This document shows, one piece after another, positions 18,912-30,400 of a stretch of DNA of 64,000 nt. Both the position numbers and the translations under genes were made by a program. Position 1 is the first letter of the stretch, and each line of letters begins with the position of its first letter. The stretch spans positions 1-64,000 of IMG/VR virus record IMGVR_UViG_3300039183_000005; one strand, 5' to 3'. This DNA is from a virus. The notes beneath the pieces are model-generated. The model saw only the letters and a list, made by a program, of their open reading frames with translations, was not told the DNA's origin and searched no databases.

Positions 18912-21053
18912 ATGGCAACTAAAAAATCTGGTAATAGAAAACCAAAAACTCCAACCGACGGGCATTTATATACTCACGGTGTAAAAAACATCATTGAACA
19001 TGTACTTCCAGAAGTTTGTCATGTGACTCATGGATGTGTTGACAGGACTATTGCGTCGGACATTAATCTTCGCACAGGGTACAATCGCCACGATTACGAT
19101 ACTCATCGTCCTAATGACCAATTGCCAACTAAACATGCTGAAATTATTATGGCATGTCAGGCTATTTACAAAAAGGTTGGTATGGTTCGTAATATTATTG
19201 ATTTAATGACCGATTTTGCAGCAGAAGGACTTGAACTACAACATGCGACCAAAACGCAAGAACGATTTTATCGCGAATGGGCAAGGAGAGTAAATCTACA
19301 AGGTAGAGCCCATGATTTTATGAAGCTTCTCATGAGAGATGCGAATGTAATTGTTCGTCGCAAAAATGCATTTATTACTAAACCTGCTGTTAAAGAAATG
19401 ACAAAGGGAGCCACCACAAGTCTTACTTTGTTAGATGAAACTAAAGTAGCAGAATCTCCAGAAAAAATCAATACTACCAAGAAGAAAACTAATCGTAGGG
19501 AAATTCCGTGGAGATACACATTTTTATCACCAGTAGTTATTGAAAAAATTGGTGGAGAAGTTGGCCGTTTCTTCGGTTCCGATGCACTTGGGATGCGTAT
19601 TCCACGCAATTTAGCAAATGCCATCAAGAGTCCCAAAAGTGGTGCAGAAGAGGAGTTTATAGCGAAATTACCTAAAGAAGTAGTAAAAGCTGCAAAAAAA
19701 AGTGGAATGCTTGTTGCACTAAATATGGATAAAATTTTTGTAGATTATTACAAAAAGGATGATTGGGAGGATTGGGGCACTCCATTTTTATATGGTGTTT
19801 TAGAAGATGTCATGTTTAAGGAGAAGATGCGATTAGCAGATATGGCCGCATTAGATGGTGTAATTAATGTTATTCGTTTATGGAAACTAGGCAAATCAGA
19901 TCAGCAGATTCTTCCTACTCCAGCGGCAGTGGATAAGCTTATCGATATGCTTCAACATAATCCTGGTGGCGGTGTTATGGACCTTGTGTGGGATGATATG
20001 ATTGATCTAACGGTTGAATATCCTCCCACTGACAAAATTCTTGGTCCAGACAAATACAAGGGTGTAAATGGAGATATTGTTCGCGGTCTTGGTATACCAG
20101 ATTCTTTAGTTGGAGGCTCAGACCTTGGTACACGTAATGCCCAGTCGGCTTTTGTGCAATTAAAAACATTAGTCGAACGTTTGGAATACGTACGTAGTCG
20201 TGCTATTCGTTGGATGGAAAATGAATTGCAATTGGTCGCAGATGCGATGGGATTTAAGAAAATTCCATCTATAAGTTTTGGTATTATGTCGTTGCGAGAT
20301 GAAGCAGCAGAGAAGCAACTTATGATCCAGTTGTTAGATCGTGGTATAATTTCATCCGAGAAAGCTACTGAAGTATTTGGTGTTAATTATATGATTGAGC
20401 TTGAGAGACTAAAATCAGAACAGAGTATTAGAAAAGAAAATCCCGGAGTGCTTGAGAAGTCTAATCCATATAACCGTCCATTTTCGGTTATGGAGAAACA
20501 AACTGATTTGGCAATTCAAATAGAAAAGGTTAAGCAAGGTTTAAATAGAAATAGTCAATTGCCAAATACCAAAGACGATAATGGTGGTGGAGACAATCCT
20601 AGTGGCGATCAACCAAGTGATGATGGAATTAATTCACCAGGAAGACCACCTTCTACTAAAGATACTGCTCCTCGCGACGAACGAACTTCAAAAACTTTGT
20701 CAGTATTAAGTGTAGTGGCTGAAAGATTGATAGATCGTATCGACAATCTGGTTGATGATACCTATCTAGAACAACATGGTGCTAAGAATATGCGGTCTCT
20801 GACTAAGGCTCAGCGTACTGAGCTAGAGCGTACCAAGCGTGGCATTTTGTCGGTCTTGCGTCCAGGAGACACAGTGACGAAGGAACTGATTGCCGCAAGG
20901 CTTGGTGGGGCAGGGAAGGGTGCCCGTCATATGGAAGCTCGTTTCTGCGATTTTGTCGCCGATTTTACTCTGTCAACCCAGAAGGCACCTACAGCTAAAG
21001 AACGCAGAATGCTGGCGTCATTGGCTTGGGCAACTGTGGTGGATACAAGATAA
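18912..21053 (+). CDS. portal protein
   Basis: Follows TerL; YKKVGMVRNIIDLMTDF, DWEDWGTPFL, low-complexity GRP tail. Confidence 0.8.
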   Translation: MATKKSGNRKPKTPTDGHLYTHGVKNIIEHVLPEVCHVTHGCVDRTIASDINLRTGYNRHDYDTHRPNDQLPTKHAEIIMACQAIYKKVGMVRNIIDLMTDFAAEGLELQHATKTQERFYREWARRVNLQGRAHDFMKLLMRDANVIVRRKNAFITKPAVKEMTKGATTSLTLLDETKVAESPEKINTTKKKTNRREIPWRYTFLSPVVIEKIGGEVGRFFGSDALGMRIPRNLANAIKSPKSGAEEEFIAKLPKEVVKAAKKSGMLVALNMDKIFVDYYKKDDWEDWGTPFLYGVLEDVMFKEKMRLADMAALDGVINVIRLWKLGKSDQQILPTPAAVDKLIDMLQHNPGGGVMDLVWDDMIDLTVEYPPTDKILGPDKYKGVNGDIVRGLGIPDSLVGGSDLGTRNAQSAFVQLKTLVERLEYVRSRAIRWMENELQLVADAMGFKKIPSISFGIMSLRDEAAEKQLMIQLLDRGIISSEKATEVFGVNYMIELERLKSEQSIRKENPGVLEKSNPYNRPFSVMEKQTDLAIQIEKVKQGLNRNSQLPNTKDDNGGGDNPSGDQPSDDGINSPGRPPSTKDTAPRDERTSKTLSVLSVVAERLIDRIDNLVDDTYLEQHGAKNMRSLTKAQRTELERTKRGILSVLRPGDTVTKELIAARLGGAGKGARHMEARFCDFVADFTLSTQKAPTAKERRMLASLAWATVVDTR

Positions 21054-21103
21054 TAATATGAATAGATGGTCAAAGAAGGCAGTAATATGCCAAAGGAGTA
21101 GTT

Positions 21104-21484
21104 ATGGATTTTAAGTGTTTTTTTGATTCACTTGCGGTTTTTGGTGATCGTTCTTGGCCCGATGCGGCCTTTGTGGTTGAAAAGGGGGCAGAAAAAGATA
21201 GTGATGGTCGTACTTTGCAAAAATTTAGACATTTAGTTCATCACACTAAAAATGCTACTGATCCAATGGCTCATGGTACTGTTGATCTTCCTCATCTAAG
21301 AAATGCTTTGGCTAGGGTCAATCAGGTTAAACCAATTAAGGAATCTGCTGCGAATTTTCGCAAGAGAGCTAAGTCCCACTTACAGAGGCACGCAAAAGCC
21401 GTATTAGAATCCTACAAATCCAAAAGTTCTCTTACATCTGAAGAACGAGGTTTCGTTGAATTTTGTCGGCAATTAGGAGATTAG
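21104..21484 (+). CDS. DUF6582-like head-region protein
   Basis: WPDAAF...RHL...DLPHLRNALAR. Confidence 0.6.
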   Translation: MDFKCFFDSLAVFGDRSWPDAAFVVEKGAEKDSDGRTLQKFRHLVHHTKNATDPMAHGTVDLPHLRNALARVNQVKPIKESAANFRKRAKSHLQRHAKAVLESYKSKSSLTSEERGFVEFCRQLGD

Positions 21485-21487
21485 ATT

Positions 21488-22174
21488 ATGGTGAAAGCAC
21501 CGTCTTTTGAATTTGATCGCTGTGACACGTATATGTATTTTACACCAGATACGTTGCCTGATAGACCAAACATTGTAGAAGTCGGTTCAATACATGGTGC
21601 TCATGGTATTAAATTATGTAAAAAATTCAATAATAATTTAACCATGATAGCGTATGAAGCTGGACAGGAAAATTACAAGAGTCTATGTCGTGGTCTGTCT
21701 CCTTTCTCTATTTCACATTCTGGCGGCTGTTGTCAACCTCGCATTGTTGCTCATAACGCTGCGGTTACGGGGCGCGACGGAGAGGTAGAATTTTTTGAGT
21801 TTAAAGAAATATCTTCCAATAGTATATTTCCACGACACGTAAACGAAGGTAGAAATTTAAAATGTGTGAATTTGATTAAATCAGTTAGTCTAGAAACAGT
21901 TTTAAAAGATAATCATTTAGATAGATTAGATTTGCTTTTTCTTAATTGTGAAGGTGCCGAACTTGGAATATTAAATGAAGTGTTACTTAAACCATTATTG
22001 CGAAATAGATTAGGTCAATTATGTGTTTCTTTTCATGGTAACCGCATTTATCCACAAGAAAAAACTGATGAAATGGTACAAATGATGTCAGAATTTTTCT
22101 GGGTGGTCGAGGAGCAAAATGATTGGCCTTGTCACCTGTTTGTAAACAAAGGTCTTGAATTAGTTAGGGGGTAG
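21488..22174 (+). CDS. FkbM-family SAM-dependent methyltransferase
   Basis: IVEVGSIHG...AYEA; HNAAV; LDLLFLNCEGAELGIL. Confidence 0.8.
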   Translation: MVKAPSFEFDRCDTYMYFTPDTLPDRPNIVEVGSIHGAHGIKLCKKFNNNLTMIAYEAGQENYKSLCRGLSPFSISHSGGCCQPRIVAHNAAVTGRDGEVEFFEFKEISSNSIFPRHVNEGRNLKCVNLIKSVSLETVLKDNHLDRLDLLFLNCEGAELGILNEVLLKPLLRNRLGQLCVSFHGNRIYPQEKTDEMVQMMSEFFWVVEEQNDWPCHLFVNKGLELVRG

Positions 22175-22176
22175 TT

Positions 22177-22503
22177 ATGGCTATTGTAAATGTTTCACTG
22201 GATACGTCGAGTAGGCAGGCGGTCCTTACTGTTAACGGCGTTCTTGTTCCGGCGAATGATATTTTCGTTGAGAAATGTATCTACGATGGTGAGGAATTTG
22301 TAAGATTCGGTTATACCATTGAAAACACCAATCCCGATGGCATGAAGGAAAAACGACAATTTTATCTTCCTTCTCCGGAAGAAATTGCAACAGAAGCTCA
22401 TGCCGGATTAAATAAGGAAGGATTTGCATCCAAGATTGTTTATGATGATAAAAAGGCTAAAGCCGATATTATTGATTTTTTCAAGCGTAACAATAAATCT
22501 TAG
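22177..22503 (+). CDS. hypothetical protein
   Basis: ORF track. Confidence 0.6.
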   Translation: MAIVNVSLDTSSRQAVLTVNGVLVPANDIFVEKCIYDGEEFVRFGYTIENTNPDGMKEKRQFYLPSPEEIATEAHAGLNKEGFASKIVYDDKKAKADIIDFFKRNNKS

Positions 22504-22553
22504 CAATATGCTTATGAATGGTCTTTTATATTCATTTATTTCAAGTAATAATT

Positions 22554-22561
22554 GTGTATAA
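22554..22561 (+). promoter_or_regulatory. GTGTATAA promoter motif upstream of protease/MCP operon
   Basis: Intergenic recurring motif. Confidence 0.6.
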
Positions 22562-22581
22562 ATTAATGATTGGAGGCGTTT

Positions 22582-24063
22582 GTGCGCGTTTATCAAGCTG
22601 AAAAAAATGCCGGTATCGATTTCCAAATAAATAAAGCAGGAAGTTCTTATGCATACGTAACTGCACAGGTGCGAGTTTGTGATATTGAAAAATATTTTGA
22701 TGGTATGCCTATTGCAGATATTGTGAAAGCAACTTCTACTGTTAATACTGTAGAAGAGCTTTTAGGCCAAGATCAACCAGATTTGGCACTTGTTGTTGCA
22801 ATATTAGTTAGTACTGGTTGGAATTTGAATGACGATGTTTTTACGCCAGACGAAGTGTGGAGAGCACGAAACACGCCACTTCACAAGCCAATGAACGATA
22901 ATCATCAGGCCGCTAAAATATTGGGTCATATTGTTCAGACTAGAGCACTTAATAAAGATGGTGTTGAAATTGAAGTGGTAGGAAATGAACCTCCATCAAC
23001 GGAATTTGATATTGAAGTTGCTGGTGTTTTATACCGTGCGTTTCCAGAATTATCAGAGCGAATTAATGAGATTATTACCAAAGCAAAAGCTGGTGAAATA
23101 TTTGTATCCATGGAAGCTTGGTTTCCAGATTTTGGATATGGATTAATTGATCCCGCTACTGGTGATACAAAATTAATTGAGCGAAATGAAAATACTGCAT
23201 TTCTCACTAAGCACTTGAGAATTTATGGGGGCAGTGGAGAATATCAGGGATATAAAATTGGTCGTGTATTAAAAAATATTATTTTTGGTGCGCAGGGATT
23301 TGTTGATGAACCTGCAAATCCAGAATCCGTAATTAAAGTAGCAGCTAATAGAGTAGCTGTTTCAAATGGTTTTGTAACTGCTGAATTGAGTGACTTATTG
23401 GAAGGGGGTGTAGAAGACGTGGATGAGAAAGAGATGCAAGAACTCCAGGTAAAATTTGATGAGGTTCAGACAAATCTAAAATGTAAGGAAGAGGAAGTTG
23501 CTGAGTTGAAGAAGGCGGCAAGTGGTTATGACGAACAGATTGCTGTTCTGAAAGCTAAAGTCGACGAATTGACTACTAACATAACTGAGGTGTCTGAGAA
23601 AATGGAAGTTGTTGAAGCTGCTAAAGCCGAGCTTCAAAAGCAACTTGATGAAATGACAGTGCGTGCCGAAAAGAGTGATGCAGAATTGGATGAAATTCGT
23701 AAGAATGAAGCAGCTCGCGAACGATTGGCAAAACTATCTGAGGTTAAGAAGGTTGATGACGAAGAGGCAACTTTGGCTGAACTTCGTGATATGACTGAAG
23801 ATACGTTTGAAAAGGTGATGAAATATGCTGGGGAGGCTAAATCCGAAAAGGTTATTGATGAAAAGTCGGAAAAGAAGACTGACGCAACAGAAACCGAAAC
23901 GGATGACGAACAAGCTAAGGCAATTTTGGATACCGCAGATGAAAGTGATGATGCCGAACTTAATGTTACGGATGATACGGTACAATCCGAGTCCGATCAA
24001 TGGCTGTCGGTAGCAGGTGCGCTATGTGGACGAAAAGAAGAAAAAGATGAAGGGGGTGAATAG
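22582..24063 (+). CDS. prohead protease fused to acidic coiled-coil scaffold
   Basis: WNLNDDVF...KPMNDNH...ILGHI, FVSMEAWF, GFVDEPANPES; C-terminal coiled coil; GTG start after GGAGG. Confidence 0.75.
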   Translation: MRVYQAEKNAGIDFQINKAGSSYAYVTAQVRVCDIEKYFDGMPIADIVKATSTVNTVEELLGQDQPDLALVVAILVSTGWNLNDDVFTPDEVWRARNTPLHKPMNDNHQAAKILGHIVQTRALNKDGVEIEVVGNEPPSTEFDIEVAGVLYRAFPELSERINEIITKAKAGEIFVSMEAWFPDFGYGLIDPATGDTKLIERNENTAFLTKHLRIYGGSGEYQGYKIGRVLKNIIFGAQGFVDEPANPESVIKVAANRVAVSNGFVTAELSDLLEGGVEDVDEKEMQELQVKFDEVQTNLKCKEEEVAELKKAASGYDEQIAVLKAKVDELTTNITEVSEKMEVVEAAKAELQKQLDEMTVRAEKSDAELDEIRKNEAARERLAKLSEVKKVDDEEATLAELRDMTEDTFEKVMKYAGEAKSEKVIDEKSEKKTDATETETDDEQAKAILDTADESDDAELNVTDDTVQSESDQWLSVAGALCGRKEEKDEGGE

Positions 24064-24065
24064 GG

Positions 24066-24545
24066 ATGGCTTTGAAACCAGATCGTGAATACAATGAAGT
24101 TACTGACATTACCAACTTTTGGACTACAGTTGCGGCTGAGAAAGGTGGTTGTGCCGGTGTCGTTACGCAGGGTTCGGGTGCAGCTATCGGGCAAAATATT
24201 ACCGATGAACCGAACGTTGTTGGTTATGTAGCAAACCCGTCAGGAGTAATTGCTAAGGGTATTCTGCTTCAAACGGTTAGTGCGGCTATGAGTGCTACTA
24301 GAGATTTTGTTAATTATGAAAATCAGGAAATTCGTCCTGGTGATAAGTGTACTCTAGTCAAAAAGGGTTTTGTGGTTACAGATATGATTCCAGCAGGTAT
24401 TACACCAACTGCTGGAGCTGCTGCATATTTGGCTGCAAGTGGTTACATTAGTTCAACGCAGGCCACTGGTGCTCCGCAAATTGGTCGTTTTGAAACGACT
24501 AAAGATGCGGCTGGCTTTGCAAGGGTTTCTATTGACATAACTTAA
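24066..24545 (+). CDS. head decoration/cement protein
   Basis: Small Gly/Ala-rich beta protein between scaffold and MCP. Confidence 0.65.
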   Translation: MALKPDREYNEVTDITNFWTTVAAEKGGCAGVVTQGSGAAIGQNITDEPNVVGYVANPSGVIAKGILLQTVSAAMSATRDFVNYENQEIRPGDKCTLVKKGFVVTDMIPAGITPTAGAAAYLAASGYISSTQATGAPQIGRFETTKDAAGFARVSIDIT

Positions 24546-24559
24546 GGGGGTGAAGAAGA

Positions 24560-25585
24560 ATGAAGCGTAATATTGTAAAACCAACTCCAGAGCAAATTGA
24601 ACTTTTACGGCGCACTGGTTCCACCAATCAGGCTGAATCTTTAGCCGCCATGCATTCTCTTGCTCAGGCTCTACAAGTTCCTCTGCGATCTGCACTACTC
24701 AATGGTGATATTCTTGGCGGAATCTTCACACCTGAAGTTCTAGACCCAAGCGCAACTGCTGAGTATCCACTGGATTTTTATCAGACGGCACAAGAAAACG
24801 ATTATGTTGCCTATGTAATTCCGAGTGAAGGTGCTTTGCCGCAGCGTACCATCTGTGGTGATGCAATAACCATCAGCACATATGATGTTGGTAATGCCAT
24901 TGACTGGCCAATCAAATACGCAAGAACGGCACGATGGAATATTGTTGCACGTGCCATGGAGGTATTAGAGGCTGGTTTTGTGAAGAAGATGAATACGGAT
25001 GGTTGGCGTGTTATTATCGCGGCAGGTGCAGGACGTACTGATTATGCCGGTGGGGCACCACTGGTATACGATAGTGCGGCTACTGCCGGTCAATTTACTA
25101 AGCGACTTGTTTCTCTGATGAAGACAACCATGACTCGTCTTGCTGGTGGCAATAGCACATCAACAAATCATGGTCGCCTGACTGATTTATTTATCAGTCC
25201 AGAAGCACTAGAGGATATTCGCGAATGGGATAATGATGAAGTTGACGATTTTACTCGCCGGGAAATCTTTACTGCTGGAGACGGCGGTGGTCCTATGGCA
25301 AGTATTTATGGTGTCAATCTTCATACGCTAGACGAACTAGGTGTGGGTCAGGAATTCCAGACTTATTTTGCAACACTGGGTGTCAGTATGGGTACGGGCG
25401 ATGAGGAAATCGCTATCGGCCTAGACTTGTCTCACGGTGATTCGTTCGTGATGCCAGTTAAGCAAGAATTAATGATCTACGAAGATGATGCACTATTCCG
25501 TAGACGTAGGGCTGGGTTCTGGGGAACCCAAGAGCATGGATTTGCGGCTTTAGACGGACGTAGAGTTTTGTTATCGAGCTTTTAG
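24560..25585 (+). CDS. major capsid protein
   Basis: 341 aa, canonical position, strong SD, followed by terminator. Confidence 0.8.
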   Translation: MKRNIVKPTPEQIELLRRTGSTNQAESLAAMHSLAQALQVPLRSALLNGDILGGIFTPEVLDPSATAEYPLDFYQTAQENDYVAYVIPSEGALPQRTICGDAITISTYDVGNAIDWPIKYARTARWNIVARAMEVLEAGFVKKMNTDGWRVIIAAGAGRTDYAGGAPLVYDSAATAGQFTKRLVSLMKTTMTRLAGGNSTSTNHGRLTDLFISPEALEDIREWDNDEVDDFTRREIFTAGDGGGPMASIYGVNLHTLDELGVGQEFQTYFATLGVSMGTGDEEIAIGLDLSHGDSFVMPVKQELMIYEDDALFRRRRAGFWGTQEHGFAALDGRRVLLSSF

Positions 25586-25604
25586 GATCATTTTAATGCA
25601 AAAT

Positions 25605-25634
25605 CAGGGTTGGCAGTTTGTCAACCCTGTTTTT
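25605..25634 (+). terminator. intrinsic terminator after MCP
   Basis: CAGGGTTGGCA-gtt-TGTCAACCCTG + T5. Confidence 0.85.
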
Positions 25635-25712
25635 ATTGGATGATAAAAATTATTTTTTCCATGAAACAAAACACCCTTTTTAACGTATAATCATATTGAA
25701 GGGAGCTGATCA

Positions 25713-26960
25713 ATGGCGAAGAAGAAAATTGATATAGATAAGGCAATTCGACTTTACCGAGACGAAAGGAAGTCAACACCCGAAATATCAAAAATAATCG
25801 GATGTGCTGTACAAACATTGATTACTCGTCTTAGAGAAGCTGGAGTCAAAATGCGATCATCGGGTGAATCACATGCAAAAATAGATTTTGATATCATACG
25901 ACACGAATATGAAGACTTAAAAATGTCTACCGAACAAATAGCAAAAAAACATAAAATGAAGTCTTCATCTATATGGCAACGTCTTACCAGAAATGGTGTT
26001 GCAACAAGAAATTATCAAGAGGCTGCTAATATTAACATTATAATTCCAACCGAAGAATGTCAGATTATTTGTGAACGTTATAAGGCGAATCAACACGAAA
26101 GTTGCGCCGATATTGCTGCGGACTACGATGTCAATAAAAGTACAATTGCAAATATTTTAAAGAAAAACGGTATTATTCCAGAACGCAGCGGTGCTCGCAT
26201 TAAATCATACAAGGGTGGTATTACCAAACTCCATACCAGAATTCGTAATTGCGAAAGAGCTAAGTTTTGGCAACGAGCGTGTATGGAAAGAGATGATTAT
26301 AAGTGTAGAGTTACTGGCGAAAATGGACAATTACAAATTCATCATTATCCGAAAAGTTTTTCAAAAGTATTTAATGAGTTTTTAGCCCAATATCCCGATT
26401 TAAATCCGATTAAAGATTGTGATAAACTTTTTCAATTATCTCAAAGCTATGAACCATTTTGGGATACTGATAATGGTATGACCGTAACAGTAGAAACGCA
26501 TAAAAAACTGCATATGCATAATGGTATCAAAGATAGCGAACTGATAGCTTTATACGACCAGGGCTGGTCGTGCCAACGTATTGCGAAACATTTTGGAAAG
26601 TCTCCATCATTTGTTCAGACCAGATTTGCGGCAATCGGGCAAACCCGCAGAAATGCTGGATTTTATAATAAATTGCGCTCTGAAATTAGTAGCGAAATCC
26701 AGGCTGGTGTTCTTGAAGCCTATGTCCGTGGTGAGACAACAAGGGAAATATGCAATAGATATGGTATAGCGACAAGCACACTGTACAAGATTTTGCGGAA
26801 TAATAATGTTGTACCTGGTAATAGAAAAAAGTCTGTAGAAAGTAAAGCCAGACAAGATAGTGATCGCGTAAAACAATTATATTCTATCGGTGTTACCGTA
26901 CTTGAACTTTCAAGGATGTATTGTGTCAGCGATACTACAATTAGAAATATTCTAAAATAA
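25713..26960 (+). CDS. HNH-like endonuclease flanked by multiple HTH repeats
   Basis: RDDYKCRVTG...QIHH...NGMTVTVETHKKLH core; repeated LY..G.S..EIA..G.S..TI...L; own ACGTATAA motif at 25683. Confidence 0.7.
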   Translation: MAKKKIDIDKAIRLYRDERKSTPEISKIIGCAVQTLITRLREAGVKMRSSGESHAKIDFDIIRHEYEDLKMSTEQIAKKHKMKSSSIWQRLTRNGVATRNYQEAANINIIIPTEECQIICERYKANQHESCADIAADYDVNKSTIANILKKNGIIPERSGARIKSYKGGITKLHTRIRNCERAKFWQRACMERDDYKCRVTGENGQLQIHHYPKSFSKVFNEFLAQYPDLNPIKDCDKLFQLSQSYEPFWDTDNGMTVTVETHKKLHMHNGIKDSELIALYDQGWSCQRIAKHFGKSPSFVQTRFAAIGQTRRNAGFYNKLRSEISSEIQAGVLEAYVRGETTREICNRYGIATSTLYKILRNNNVVPGNRKKSVESKARQDSDRVKQLYSIGVTVLELSRMYCVSDTTIRNILK

Positions 26961-27117
26961 TAATTTAATAAAAATATACACATTTCTGGGGGTACCTCAA
27001 GCAATCTCATCCTTTCTGTTGAAGCCTATTCTAAGACCAACACTCCTAAAGTCTCTTTTCATTTTCCTTGGTGTATAATCCAATAACTGGTGAAAGGTCT
27101 TTTTCTTGGGAGATATT

Positions 27118-27495
27118 ATGTTCCTATCTGATGCACAAATAACAGAATTATACTCTCTGGGGAAAAGTTGTGCCGATATAGCACATATTGGGGAATGTAG
27201 TGAAACGACAATATATAATAGACTCAAGTCTTTAGGAGTAACGATGCGAAATCGGTCGGAAGCTAATCAAATTTTTCCAGACTGTATTTTTATATTACTT
27301 TATAATTTGGGTCTTTCTGCGTCCCAAATTGGAACATTGTTGGGTTTAGATTCGTCAACAGTTATTAAACGATTACATAAACTGAACTTCCCTTTGCGGT
27401 CTGGCGCTTTAGCTCGTAATATTAGATACACAAATGATGAATTTAAGACGCACTTTATGACTCCTAAAATTTTAGACATATTGGGGGATATGTAG
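27118..27495 (+). CDS. tandem HTH-repeat protein
   Basis: Two LYxLGxSxxxI...STTV/I repeats; GTGTATAA at 27071-27078. Confidence 0.7.
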   Translation: MFLSDAQITELYSLGKSCADIAHIGECSETTIYNRLKSLGVTMRNRSEANQIFPDCIFILLYNLGLSASQIGTLLGLDSSTVIKRLHKLNFPLRSGALARNIRYTNDEFKTHFMTPKILDILGDM

Positions 27496-30400
27496 TGGCA
27501 TTTTTAAAATCAGATCAAGTTATTTTTTATCATCCATTAGATAATTTTGATGAATATACTCAATCGCAGTCATGGGACGGATTGGGTAATTTTATGTCTG
27601 GATTATTGCCACATAGCTATCCGGCAGGGCTTGGAGTGGAATTAGGTGATACTTTTGTCGCATATAGCGCAGAAAGTTTTTGTAATACATCTGCCTATAG
27701 AAACGTCCCAATTAGACTTAGTAATACTAAACATATGGTTATCTATAATCAGGATGAAGGTGGATCAAAAAATTTATATGGTCAAATTATATCTTATGAG
27801 AACGATATTGTTACATCTGGAGAGCCGACCCTTTTAACTGCTGGAACATATAATACTACTTCATATCCAAATGCTTTTAATGGACACGCCTTAACGGAGG
27901 ATCAATGCTTATTAGTATATGGATTTTCTTCCCCAAATCAGCTCAGGGGTATGGTTGTAGACATAAGTGGCTTAACGATCACACCTAACAATTATTCTAT
28001 AATATACTCTAATTTCGGTCGCGAATTATCTTTGGCGGAAATGATTCCATATCAGTCTGGAGTTTCATCTGGTATTTTTATGCTTACCAGCAGAAGATTT
28101 AGTGATCAGAAATCTTATGCTACTCCAATACTGGTAAGTGGTACTACGATAGATAGTGGAAATTCTATTACTCCAAACGATGATGCTAATACTAACTATT
28201 TGGCAGTTGCATCATTTGATGCAGAAAATTTTGTGATGTTTTACAATGCATCTGGTCACGCCGACTATGTTACTCCGAATTTAGGAATTGGGATGGCCAG
28301 ACACGGAAGTTTAAGTGGTGCAACATGTTCGTGGGAAGAAGATGCTGTTGAGATTAATACCTGGTCTGTTCCAGGAACAGATAATCAATATTATGCTAGG
28401 ACAATAGCAAAACAATTATGTAGTGGACAAGCTGTTTCCATAGGACAATTTAAAACAGGAACAAGCACTCTGTCTACCAAGGGAATTTTGGCTACACTTG
28501 ACAATGGCGTTATGACAATTACACCTTCTGGCGGCATAGAATTAGCCGATCCAGGTGAAGCAGACAGAATTGCCATGGACGTTCTGGATGATAATCATTT
28601 TGTTACAGCTTTGAGAGAAAATTTGGATGAAAATTTAATTGATATAGTTACAATTACTGTTAGTGGGACATCTGGAACTAAAAGTCCACATTATTATAGT
28701 GGAGAACTTGATGCAGAATATCTTTGGCTATCAAAATTCAGTTTTAATAATTTTGCATTATACTGGAATAATCCAGAGATATCTAATGGGCGATTACAAA
28801 TTTTTGATGTTAGTGGAATTTCTAATATTTATGCATCTAATCCTGATGTATATCCAAGTGCTTCTGGATTTCCAAGATTAACTATCGCACTTTGGTGCAA
28901 TCAACCGACATCATTTACTGGTGATGTACATATCGACGCTGGTTATGCCATAAGACTAACAAGTGGAAGTATTATCTTTGGCGACAATGGTTCTGTATGG
29001 AATGATTCAGAAATTGCAGATTTCATGTCGCAAATCAATGATGGCTCAAATCATTTTATGGTGTTAGATTTTGCTAATAGTGGTTCGAATAATTGGGGTT
29101 TATCCACTTCGACTGATGGAAGTGGTTGGATTGATCATGGAATACAAAATAGTGGTACTACACAGTTATTAATTGATGATGGAAATTCTCCACGTATCGG
29201 CATTAGTGGATTAAACAATGAGGAAACTTTTATAGATGAACTTATTGTTTGGGGTGGATCAAGCGGAGACATGCCCAAATTTACAGATGAACAACTATCT
29301 AATCTATATAATCTTGCATATATTAAACACAATACTATGCCGAACTATAGTAATTACTATACATTAGATGCTGACGATGAAATAAATCTTTTTATTGGCG
29401 GTAGTAATCCCACAATACAATTATCAGGGAATATGTTCATTAATGGGTGTTCAGAGAATACTGCGATTTGTAATTTATTTTTAAATGGATATGACGATCT
29501 TGATGCATCAGGAAATTTATATATACATAGTCATGAAAATGTTAATTCTGACGTAGACTTATTTATTCGTGGCATAAGTCAAAATACTATTTCTATAAAT
29601 TTATTTGTCGATGGACATGTTAATAACTCTGGGTCTTGCGATTTATTTGTTGATGGATATTTGACAGTATCATTCTCTGGTAATCTATTTGTTGTTGGCG
29701 ATATAAATTCGAGTGGACATTGTGATTTATCTGTTTATGGTCGCAACAACGTTAATGATTATTTAAACCTATATACACATGGACACGTTGATAGTATTAA
29801 TTCATCCGATATGTTTATCGGTGGATATTTAATAGATAATGTTAGTGGTGATTTATTCACTTATGGAAAATCAAATCAAATTATTTCTGGTAGTTTATAT
29901 ATTGTTGGAGATATTGCTGAAAATTCTTCCATAGATTTGTTTGTGTATGGACAAAACAATATAGTAGAATCAGGAGACCTTTACATACATAGTTATGACT
30001 TGATGTCTGATGCAACCAGTTTATATACAGTTAGCATTGATGATAGGGCACTTTATTGGGCAGATGATGTTAATGGTAAAATTCAGAGATCATTATTGGA
30101 TGGAACGAATATAAAAGATGTTTTAATAAATTTACCATTAATACAAAGTCTTGTGATTGATAGGCAAGACAATAGCATATATTTTGGTGATTCAATAATC
30201 GATAAAATAGAGAAATGTGACCCAAATGGTGCCAACAGGGAGAATGTAGTTACTGATGGATTGGCTGGTATTCGTGGTATCGCAATTAGTCAGAGTTTAC
30301 GTAAAATATATTGGACAGACACAGAACTGAATGTACTCAAACGCTGTGATATAGATGGTTCAAATATTGAGACACTCGTGTCACTAGGTGTTAGTAGTAT

